From Vicugna vicugna (lineage: Eukaryota): a DNA stretch of 64,000 nt. The stretch covers positions 1 through 64,000 of the forward strand of contig MU058252.1 in the NCBI GenBank assembly GCA_013265495.1, read 5' to 3'. The translations under genes and the position numbers were made by a program. Positions 53,614 through 64,000 of this stretch are shown here, piece by piece. The first letter of the stretch is position 1. Each line of letters starts with the position of its first letter. The notes under the pieces were generated by a model that was not told where the DNA came from, made no database searches, and saw only the letters and a program-made list of their open reading frames with translations.

Positions 53614-54180
53614 ATAATGCTATTTGCAGTAACATGGATGGCCCTGGAGAATGTCACTCTAAGTGAAGTAAGCCAGAAAGAGAAAAAAAAATACCATACT
53701 ATATCACTCACATGTGGAATCTAAAAAAAAAAAAAATGAACTTATATGTAAAACAGAAACGGACAGAAAACAAACTTATGGTTACAAGCGGGGAAGGGGG
53801 TGGGAAGGGATACATTGGGAGTTCGAGATTTGCAGATACTGACTGGTATATATGAAATAGATAAATAAGTTTTATGCTGTATGGCACAGGGAACTGTATT
53901 CAATATTTGTAGTAGCTTATGTTGAAAAAGAATATGAAAACATATGTATATTCATGTATGACTGAAACATTGTACTATACACCAGAAATTGACACAACAT
54001 TGTAAACTGACTATACTTCAATTTTAAAAAATCATTTTTCATATAACAGAAAAAATCTGAAAAGAAAATATATATGTGTATGTATATATATAACTGAATC
54101 ACTTTGCTGTATACCTGAAACTAACATTGTAAATCAACTACACTTGAATAAAAATTTTAAATATAAATAAAGTTTAAAAT
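53614..54180 (+). mobile_element. L1 3' end fragments (two in tandem)
   Basis: CTAAGTGAAGTAAGCCAGAAAGAG...GAAATTGACACAACATTGTAAAC, then a second GAATCACTTTGCTGTATACCTGAAACTAAC tail. Confidence 0.8.
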
Positions 54181-54276
54181 AAAGTTATAGAGTTATTTGC
54201 CCCTAACATAATAATAATAATGATAATAATATATTTTTTAATTGGTCTCTGTTCTCTCTGTCCCTTAGGAACAGCA

Positions 54277-54304
54277 ATGGGCCAAAATGAATGCAGTCAG
54301 TCTG
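54277..54304 (+). CDS. GIMAP2: GIMAP2 first coding exon (MGQNECSQS-G)
   Basis: Acceptor tcccttag| at 54268/54269, ATG at 54277 and donor TG|gtaaga at 54304/54305. Homologous to human MDQNEHSHWG; phase 1. Confidence 0.88.
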
Positions 54305-54898
54305 GTAAGAAAGTGACTACATGTGTGCACCAGTTTTACCATATTCTGGGCCTATTTTATATAAAAATCATGCTACCCTCTCCAAGCAAAGTATAAGCTA
54401 TCAGCTGTTTCTTCATTAGACAGAATGATTTCACACTGCTCATTCCAACACTTCCCTGGTCCAGCCATTTCATTGGTGGTCATGACCACACTTCCGCCCA
54501 GCCAAAGGCAGAGGAGTCATCTCTCTTTGGAACAGAGGCAGGTTACTTATCCCACCTGGAGACGGAACCCAGTCTTGGCTACCCATCTCTGATCCTCAGA
54601 AAACTTGTCCTTTACAGGGCCAGAACTGAGTGGTATCGGCAACCTTTAAGTAATAAGGTATGTTTCCAAGTCTATCTCATCCCCCAAGTATGTTTTTCTA
54701 GGCTCCTAAAAGGGCAGTGCCCACAGACCTAGAGAATTCTAGATGTCTTAAAAATCATTATTTTATCTGATAATAGAGTTAGCTTCTATTCCATAAATAC
54801 ATTGTGAGAGTATCTTTTCCCAGATCTTTCATTATCATTACAAATATTCCATTGGTATGATCAGTATGGTAATAACAAAGTACACTTGCTCTTAATAG

Positions 54899-55905
54899 GA
54901 CCATCTACCAAGAGTCAACATGCTCCACACACCAGAGGATCAGAGCTGAGAATCATTCTGGTGGGCAAAACAGGGACTGGCAGAAGTGCTACAGGGAACA
55001 GCATCCTTGGGAAGCAGGCATTTGAGTCCAGGCTGAGTGCCCAGTCCTTGACTAAGACTTGCAGTAAAAGTCGGGAAAGCTGGGGGGAGAGAGAGATGGT
55101 CATTATTGACACACCAGATATGTTTTCTGAGAAGTACCACTGTGATTCTCTGTACAAAGAGGTACAGAGGTGCTGCCTACTCTCTGCACCAGGACCCCAC
55201 GTGCTGCTCCTGGTGACACAGCTGGGCCGCTTCACCACGAAAGATCAGCAGGCTGTGCAGAGGGTGAAGGAGATCTTTGGAGAGGATGCTATGAGACACA
55301 CAATTGTCCTCTTCACCCGCAAGGAAGACCTCAAGGGAGACTCCTTGATGGATTACATCCATGGCTCCAATAACAAAGCCTTAAGCACGCTGGTGGCCGC
55401 ATGTTGGGGGCGAGTGTGTACCTTTAATAACCGTGCTGAAGGGAGCAATCGGGATGACCAAGTGAAGGAGCTGATGGACTTGATTGAGAGCTCCGTGATG
55501 GCGAAAAGGGGTGACCACTATACCAACAGGCTGTATAGTCTAGTGACTGGGTCACAATCTGGACCTCTGCAGTCAGAGAATAGATTAAAAGATTTCAAAG
55601 GGAGCTTTATAAAGTATGTGGAAATTCTGAGCTGTTGCACAACCATGGCCAAAGCAAATTGCCTAAGAAAAGCCCTAGTCAAAACAGTAATGTATATTTT
55701 ATTGTGTATTTTATTGTGTATTCAGGTGTTTGTCAAATTGTTAATTCAGTTCTTCTGTGTATTGCACAGAATGTGCAATTTCTTTTATCGTTTACCCTTT
55801 CATATATGCAATTTGTTCTGCGGCTTACTGTTAATTATACCCCCCAAATTAATGATAATTTTTAGAAAAACCAGGCAACTGGACTGCAAGACTCATAGAT
55901 TATAG
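54899..55905 (+). CDS. GIMAP2: GIMAP2 main coding exon; spliced protein 344 aa
   Basis: Acceptor taatag|GA. Encodes [32 protein letters not shown]...IIDTPDMFS...[18 protein letters not shown]...KEIFGEDAM and two C-terminal hydrophobic segments ending KTHRL*, all GIMAP2-like. AATAAA at 56191-56196. Confidence 0.95.
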
Positions 55906-57189
55906 TTACAGATAGTAATTCCTTACTCACTGTTGTAAAGGGGGTGAAAAACAGTGCCTGAGTACATGTTTGCGATTCTGTTGTCTTTAAATCTTAACAT
56001 CATCCTATTTGTTGATGAACCAAATTATTTTAAGTTATTGTTTGTTTTGAAATATAATGTCAAAATCTTTTGAAAGTTATAAGCGTAAACTTCCTCTCAT
56101 TTGCAAATCTCTAAAATCAGTGTTATGTTCCTGAAAACCCCTTTTCTTCTTTATACTACTACTATTTCTACTGAATACAACAAAAATAATAATAAAATTT
56201 CTAGTAACTCTAACAAAATAACAATAATAAGTAAACTGTAAAGTTCCTGAGGTCACATCTCTAATTCTGTTCTATGGTTTTATCCTCAGCAGATGGTAAG
56301 TGGACGCACGGCTAATTTTTGTAACACAACAAATTCATGCTCAACAATCACACACAGATACACTCACACATCAATAGTCTGTTTTATGTGCATCAAATTT
56401 GCTTACCACTGAAAGAGGCTCAGCCAGCTTTCATCCCTGGCCCCCAGTCACAGTTAGCATTGAAACATACCTAGAGGCTTTACACTCCATACAAGATGGC
56501 AGACTGGATCTCCTGAAGCATCATTAAATGCAAATAGAAGTTGAATTAATTAAAAGTAAACAAAATCTCTATGATTGACAAGCTCACTAGAAAATAAAGA
56601 AAACTCCAAAGATGAAGCAAACAATCCACCTAAAAATGATGTGAAGCTAAAAGGGGAGTTGAGAGCCATGAGGACAGGCAAACACGGAAGGCAGAGCTGC
56701 CCCAAAATAAATGCCTACATCAATCTTGAGATCAAGAAACTCAACCTTGGGTTGTTGATAAAGTTAAAGAGCAGATTCTGAGCTCTCTGATCCCCAAACG
56801 CAAACACATATTAAATTAAGCCTTTCCTAGGAAACTAATATTACGAATTCTTTTTTTAACCACATATATAAGGCTATTGGCTGTTGTGATTTTTTATTTC
56901 TTCTTATGCTTATCTTGGTAAGCTGTACTTTTCAAGGGATTTTTCCATTATATTTAAATTGTTGAATTTATTTGCAGAAACATAAAATATTTTTATTATC
57001 TCTTTAATAAATACAAGAACAATAGTGATCATTCCTCTTTGAATTTTGATATTGGTAACTTGTGATTATTTCTTTTTGTTTCATCAGCCTGGCTAGAGGT
57101 TTAATTTTATTAAATTTTATGAAACTCTAACTTTGATTTTTCTCCTTTATGTTTTCTCTGTTCTATTTTATTGCCTGTTTTTAACAATG

Positions 57190-57720
57190 TCTTCTCAATC
57201 TCTCAATTTATCCCTTCCCACCCCATTTACCCCTTGGTAACCATAAGTTTGTTTTCAATGTGAGTCTGTTTCTGTTTTGTAGATAAGTTCATTTGTGTCT
57301 TTTTTTTTTTAGATTCCACATATAAGTGATATCATATGGTTTTTTTTCTTTCTCTTTCTGGCTTTTACTTCACTTAGAATGACAGGTCCATCCATGTTAC
57401 TGAAAACGGCATTATTTTATTATTTTTTATGGCTGAGTAGTATTCCATTGTATAAATATACCACAACATCTTTATCCAGTCATCTGTCAATGGATATTTA
57501 GGTGGTTTCCATGTCTTGGCTTCTGTAAATCGTGATACTGTGAACATTGGGGTGCATGTATCTTTTTGAATTAGAGTTCTCTCCAGATATATGCCCAGGA
57601 GTGGGATTGCTGGATCATGTGGTAAGTCCATTTTTAGTTATTTGAGGAATCTCCATACTATTTTCCATAATGGCTTCACCAAACTACATTCCCACCAGCA
57701 GTGTAGGAGGATTTCCTTTT
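57190..57720 (-). mobile_element. L1 ORF2 C-terminus/3'UTR fragment
   Basis: [14 protein letters not shown]...CTPMF...[10 protein letters not shown]. Confidence 0.85.
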
Positions 57721-59427
57721 AGAGAAGTATGTTTTTATTCTGTCCAATTCTTCTTGTCAGTGTGGACACTGAGCGCTTTTGAATCTTTCTCCAACTTAAC
57801 CAGAAGCAAAAAAATCCCTCATTTTAATTGATTTTTTTTCTTTTTCAAACCTTCTGCAGCTTGTCTTTAATAGAAACACAATTTTCAGCTATCGTCCCAC
57901 TTTTTGAACATTTGCACTGTTTTCCCCTTGGTGGTTCCAGAATTATAAGGTAATTGAAATTCTATTCTCAGTCCTTTTTTCTTCATGTCCTACACATTTT
58001 CTCTGAGTGTTTCTCCCCATTCATTTGTCTTTAATGTCATGCTGGTATTTCTTCAAATATACCCATACCAGAGTTCTTTCTTTGTCTTTTATTAGTTGAA
58101 ATTCATCCTAGGTTCTCACTTAAGTCTAGGTTTGTGTTAATGTTTGCATCTCTCTCACTCAGAACTTTTATTCTCTATCTTTGACTTCAGTGTCCCATTG
58201 TACATAACACTGGAAGATGAAACACATAGCATTTTAACTTCTGATTTGGCTTATAAATTTCCATCTCCTTTTATGTTATTCTGTCAAACTAGGAAGCTTG
58301 CCTGGTTCTTGTCCTGTGAGACTGAATCCTGGATAACACCTGCTTGGCTGATACTTCTAACAAGTAAATCTTGATCGCCACAACCTTCATCTCCCCCACA
58401 AAAAAGAAGCTAGGATCTATATGACGCTGAAATAGTGCTTCTAAATGCTGGGGCATAGTGGGGCCAATGTCTTTCAGATAGTAAGTATTTCATTGAAGAA
58501 GTTATTTCCCTATAACCTCTTCTCCTGAGATGATATTTGGATCATTCTTATTCCTTTGTGGCCCTGGGGATGCTAATAGTTGAGCTCTGCCCATGCCAAT
58601 GATCCCAGAAGGGTTGAACTGCTCAGGAAGGATGTTTTCATTCTAGGTCATTTTTACTGGATTTATAAGGGTAGAGAAGAAAACAATGAACATGTAACTC
58701 TGAAAGGGAAAGAAGGAAGAGTGGAGGCAGGGAGGAGAAGAAGCAGGAGTCCCGGATAGTTCTGACACCCAAGAGTCTCAGGGCTTCTGGCCTTAGATAG
58801 GTTTCCACAACGGATGGCAAGTCTGAATGACAGGGGATCAAACCCAGAGACAATGGCAAATAATCAAAAGCTAATAGGAATGCTGGGGGAAATGGAACCA
58901 GTTACTTCTGGATAGGAAGGAGATCCTAGAAAGCACTAGTAGGGATGTGGGAATGTAAGGCAGGGAAGGGAAAGGAGCCAACCCAAGTTGTACTGAGCAG
59001 CATATAACCCCTGTAGACAATGATGGAGGGGTTCCCAACATAGACATCTGGGTCTCTGTCCTGCTGGGGACCTCAGCAATTGGCACAGAACACATCTCAG
59101 AGTAATCTCATTTGGTGGGCAGTGGACAATTTAATAAGCAAGGAAATTGGAGTATTTATCCACTAACTTCTAACTGTCATGGATTGAGGTCTGCTCCTGG
59201 GGACATTAGCTCTCTGATGACTTCAGGCTGCTCCATGCAAGAGCCAAGCATCCTCTGGTAACCAGGTAATCCCTCAGGCAAAGAGTTACAAGTGGTTGAA
59301 GGAAGATGCCACATGCATGCGTGAGAACCCTGAATGGTGAGGATCTGTGCAAGAGGCACTGAAAGCATCTTCATGAGCAGTACATGTTGGGTATCAAAGT
59401 CTTGGTCAAGACTGATCTACATGGCTT

Positions 59428-59591
59428 GGACTAGGGTGAGGCTAGTGAGGAGCCATATACACCTCAGTCTTAAAGCAGTCTTCACCCTCAGCGTCACTCA
59501 CCTGTAGGGTTGGCACTTGAGTGACCTTGGCGGTGATTGCCTCCTTACATGGTGTGCCCTGGACACCAAACTTGTGTCATGCTAGTCCTGG
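59428..59591. mobile_element. Palindromic hAT MITE (MER96/MER91-like)
   Basis: The ends GGACTAGGGTGAGGC...GCTAGTCC are imperfect inverted repeats, and the interior resembles MER96-type elements. The family is uncertain. Confidence 0.45.
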
Positions 59592-60379
59592 ACCTTCTGA
59601 TCTAGTGGCAGAACGAGAGACACCTGCCTTCAACAAAGCTGAATGGAAACAACTAGCGTGTCAGACATTCGAGAGACTCTGTACCCGAAAAAAAGAATGG
59701 GAAATAGTGGAGGCTGAGTCTCTTCTCTACCTGAAAAAAGTGGACCGAAAGAAAGAGATGAAAAAGCAGGTCCCAGACAGTAGACTAGGGCTCAGGACAG
59801 CCCTCCTTCCCACACATAGGGACAGTCAACTCCAGAAAGTTTATGTGGTTTAGGTTGGTGATCTGACCAGTCCTAGGTCCAGTCCTTTTGTAGCCTGTCC
59901 ATGACACAGCTGGCTCTTTTGCTGACCTCGTTCTCATGACCATCTTGAGAGAAGACAGAAAAACTAGAGTTGGTGACATCAACACAGGTGACCAGACTCG
60001 GTCCTCACACGGCTGACCAGGAATTGTGTGAAGGGACTCATGCTCCACAGGCCGGCTACTTTCAAGTCCCTCCATCGCTGAGAAGAAATTCCTTTCTCAG
60101 GTGAGACTGTGCTTCTGGATTTTTCTGTCAGATTGGACCCCAAGGGATGGCCAGACACTGGACAGCTGTTCAGAATAGCTAATCTTGTCCTATGTTCTGA
60201 GTCAGGAGACTCTCGGAATTTATTTTATACAGGGTGAAAAAATAATCCCTAGGGGGTAAAAAGCCATTGACACTAGATCAATAACCAATTCTAGAAGTAG
60301 AGTCAGGCCTCAGGACCCTAGAACACCCTCCCCTTCCTCGGGGGCCTTCCTGGGGACATGACCCATACTAGTCACCACA

Positions 60380-60693
60380 GGAGGGGGTTTTTCAGAGAAA
60401 TGCTTAACCCACAGTGTTTCTGTTTCATTAAGTCATCATCACCAAGTCCTCCCACTAGGCTGTCTGTAGTACTGAGTCTTAGAGTCACAAGACTTCCTCA
60501 ATTCTGACAGAAGGCGCTGACTGCTGCACTCACAACTGAGGGAGAGCAGAGCTCAGGACTTTCTCCAAGCCAGCATTAGAGCCTGTCACCAGGAAAAGCC
60601 AGCCTGAGCAGAGGAGCTGCAACCAACCAGAGGGAGCATAATTCTGAGAGCATTTACTGTCTGAGCATCTGTATTCTGCCAGGCACCTTACCG
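60380..60693 (+). promoter_or_regulatory. Candidate GIMAP1 promoter and non-coding exon 1
   Basis: GAS TTCAGAGAA (60391-60399), ISRE-like GTTTCTGTTTC (60416-60426), ETS ACTTCCTC (~60492) and consensus donor CCG|gtaagt at 60693/60694. Confidence 0.5.
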
Positions 60694-62831
60694 GTAAGTG
60701 AGAGCCAGAGCCGTGAAGATCAGACTTCCAGGCTTGTAGAGATCTTGTAAGTTTTCAATAAAGGAAGTTCAGAAGAAGTTTTATGAGCATATTCTCCAGT
60801 CTGGAGGGGATCCGTTCCTGTCTCCTTCCACACTCTCTTCATTCAGTAAGAGAAGTGCAAGCTGGAAGCACTTCTAGGAATATACATTTTAAAAGACATT
60901 AAACATTGCCCAATTGCATTTTCAGCAAAGGCAAAAGATATTTCTATAGGCTCAGAAGCAATCTAACTTCAGACTAGTTTACAATGTGACGAGTCAGGAC
61001 CCCACCCGAATTACTCGCCTAGATTCTCCCTCTCCTCTCTGTCCATAGTAGGAGGCCCCCCGGAGACCTAAGAGGTTAGGAATTAGGTCTTCAACCTCTC
61101 CCTGCATGATCTCTTAAACATCTGCTCTAATTGAAGTTTCTCCCACCCCAGTTGCCAGAACACCTCAGTTTCCTCATCTGTATGATGAAGAGCTCTGAAT
61201 AAATAGCTGATATTCAGACTCTGATTTGTGGGTTGATTCCATCAGATACAACTGATCCGTAAATCAGAGCCTTTGAGAATGGTGCCCACAAATGGACATT
61301 TTAAAAGAATACTCAAGTAATTCTGAAAACCAGAATGAACTACATGAACTGAATTTTCAGAGTATTTAGGATTCTACATGTTTTACATACCCCAGTAATT
61401 AAGAATCATTTGTCAGCCCAGATTTCAGCTGGAGCTTACCTCCTTTTAAAAATTATTTTAAAAGATTTTAACCATTATTTCAAACTTTATGAAAATTCCA
61501 ATGACTTACCCAAGAGTTCTGTGGATTTTCAGTAGCACAATTCCTCTTTTCCATCTTTGACAACAACTTCTTGCTTTAGCTAAATTCTTGTTCTTTGCTC
61601 TGAATTTTGTGGCTGTTTCTCCATTTCTACTTTGGTGTCAATTAAGGGAGTTGGTTGGTTTTCACACACAAAATAACTAATCACATTATGTTATTTTCCC
61701 ACGGGGTGAACTTTACTGAAGACTTTGGCGAAGTGACAGGAGAGTTACTGCAAAAACATGAATAGCTTTGGACTGAGTTCTAGGCAAACCTGTCATCTGA
61801 GTCCTTTGGTCAAAGACACGTTATTCAGCCAACCTCTGCCTTTGATTTCCTTTGTGTGTGGTGCCAATGGGGAGACCACAGATAGCTGTGGGAACCAGGT
61901 GGACATGACGAGGTAGAATTTGAAGTGGATGGTGAAGCCCAGACAGGACTCAGGCAGAAATGAGAGAGGAGACAAATGGCCATAGGAGGGAAAGCACAAG
62001 GTGGGTTGGAAAAGGCCCTGAAAGCTGCTGTTTGTAAAGTAGTGCATTGGGGTGGGGGCCTAGTTGGAAATGAGGCTGCAGAAGAGGACCAAGGAGATAC
62101 CGTGTGCTTGTGTGATCAGGCCAACGTGACCACAGGATGTTTAATTGTATTAAATGATGTTTGACTGGTGTAATTGCTTTACTCTGAGAAGCCTCAAGGG
62201 TTTGGGGGCAAGAACATTAAGAGTCAGAGGGTCGCATCCCACTCTCACCGTAATTAGACATAGTAAGACAAGCCAAATTATTTGGTTTCCTGAGAGCAGA
62301 AGCTCTCCAGATCGGTTTGGGAGATGAGTCTGTTTTCCAGTTTCCAAAAACAGAATTCCAATATTCTTCTTGTTTGTTTCCCAGGCCAACCTTAAGGTGG
62401 TTCCCTAAGTTACTGAGCAAATTTTAGTGTTCTCAGGGTTTTCCAAAGTCTCCCCCAGCTACTGAATCTCCTGGGAAAATGTAATATTTACAGCTTATGT
62501 CACTAGCATAGAATTACCTGGAAAAATGAACAGCTAAAGCTTACTCATTAACATACAGTAATGTTATAATCTCCCTCTGCTTTTTGCATTTGGAGGCCCT
62601 GAAAAGACAAAACCAAGCTCATCAAGTGTTCTCACAGTATCATTCCAACCCCAGGTCAGGCTATTCCAGTGTCTTCCCTAAATGCTCATGCTCAGTGGAG
62701 GGCAGGAATCAGGACATTTTCATTGTGATGTCATCAGGCCTTTGGAATTTGCCTGACACATTGTAGATAGTTATACCGATTGAATGAATGAATGAATGAA
62801 CTAATTGTATTTGGGACTCTTCCAGTTAATC

Positions 62832-62874
62832 ATGGGAAGATGGAAGATGGTAAGAGATGAAGAAAATGCCTACG
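62832..62874 (+). CDS. GIMAP1: GIMAP1 first coding exon (MGRWKMVRDEENAY-G)
   Basis: Acceptor ttccag| at 62825/62826, atcATGG start and donor CG|gtaagc at 62874/62875. Homologous to human MGGRKMATDEENVYG. Confidence 0.9.
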
Positions 62875-63289
62875 GTAAGCGCATAACTCACAACGTGTAT
62901 TCACCCCTACATGTGAGTCTGGGTATTAAAGGGAATGGACTAACTCAAGACAGAGATTTCTCCATGCTCGGATGAAACAGCAAGAACCTGGGGGTTGGCA
63001 TTGGATCTAGATCTCTGCTCCTGCTCTGCTGTGAGATACTAAGTTCTTTGACTAACCTGCACCTCTGTTCCCTACTCTGATCTCCACAGAAGGGGATGTA
63101 GAGGACATCAAATCCTGTATTAGAGAGAACATGATTCACCAGGTAGAATGTGTTAGAGAACAAGGGTGGAGGGTTAAACGGGCATCTTACTAGGCAGCAG
63201 GTTTAAGAGAGAGGAGGGGAGGAGGAGGAGGAGGGAAAGGAGGGGGGAGTAGGCTGGTTTCATCTTATCCTACCAACAACCCCATGAGG

Positions 63290-63420
63290 ACAGCTCTGTA
63301 GTACTGATCCCATCTGTGCAGAAGACGTTTAACACTCAGATTAAGCAGCTTCCCAAGGTTACACCACTGGCAGAGGGTGAGGCTGTGATTCAAACCCTAG
63401 GTGTTGGACTCCAGACAGCC
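63290..63420. mobile_element. MIR SINE fragment
   Basis: CCCATCTGTGCAGAAGA...CCCAAGGTTACACCACTGGCAGAGG...GATTCAAACCC resembles the MIR core. Confidence 0.55.
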
Positions 63421-63809
63421 CTCACTGCCAGGCCCAGGGCCCCTCCTGCCTTTCTTTGGGAAAGTATTGCAGAGGCCACTGAAGTGGTCCAGTAGGGACC
63501 AGGTCTGTACAGTGTGGATGACAGATAATGTCAGATGGAGGAATGACCTGTATTATAGAGGGGTGCCCTCTAAAGAAACATTCACCAGGTGCTCAAGCAC
63601 CTACAGGTGCATGTGTGAGGCCAAAGAGGGAAGAAATAGATGGAAAAAGATCCCCCAGAGTTGACAAATCTCGGACCAGGTCACTCAGTAAAGGCTTGAT
63701 CCACAAAGCACAAGTTGAAGGCATTCTGCTCTCCTCTGTTCGAAAGGGGCCCAGGAGACCAGGTACCAGGCAGGACACGTTGCTTTAAGGTTCGGAAGCT
63801 CACAGGTAA

Positions 63810-64000
<191 letters not shown>

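Overview
This window is mammalian genomic DNA, very probably from a camelid (a Vic-1-like tRNA-derived SINE sits at ~8.3 kb), and covers the middle of the GIMAP (GTPase of the immunity-associated protein) cluster. The gene order is GIMAP6 (minus, 3 coding exons, 304 aa), a GIMAP7-family gene (plus, 297 aa), GIMAP2 (plus, 2 coding exons, 344 aa) and the start of GIMAP1 (plus, runs off the window end). Between the genes are a full-length decayed L1 with target-site duplication, many truncated L1s (one with a twin-priming inversion), LTR, hAT, CR1 and MIR relics, microsatellites and a full-length RPL29 retrocopy. The main observation is a remodelled GIMAP set. GIMAP6 has ACG where human has its start ATG but is rescued by an in-frame exon-1 ATG. 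It also has Ser at the arginine-finger position and two in-frame stops in the ancestral C-terminal tail. GIMAP2 has a Walker A Lys-to-Arg change and a 12-bp duplication in its hydrophobic tail. The GIMAP7-like gene between them keeps all catalytic motifs and lies where rodents, but not humans, have Gimap7. A dense RUNX/ETS/GATA/MYB/IRF motif cluster at ~43.1-43.4 kb is a candidate cluster enhancer. All comparisons with human or mouse proteins and repeat consensuses are from memory and need alignment to confirm.
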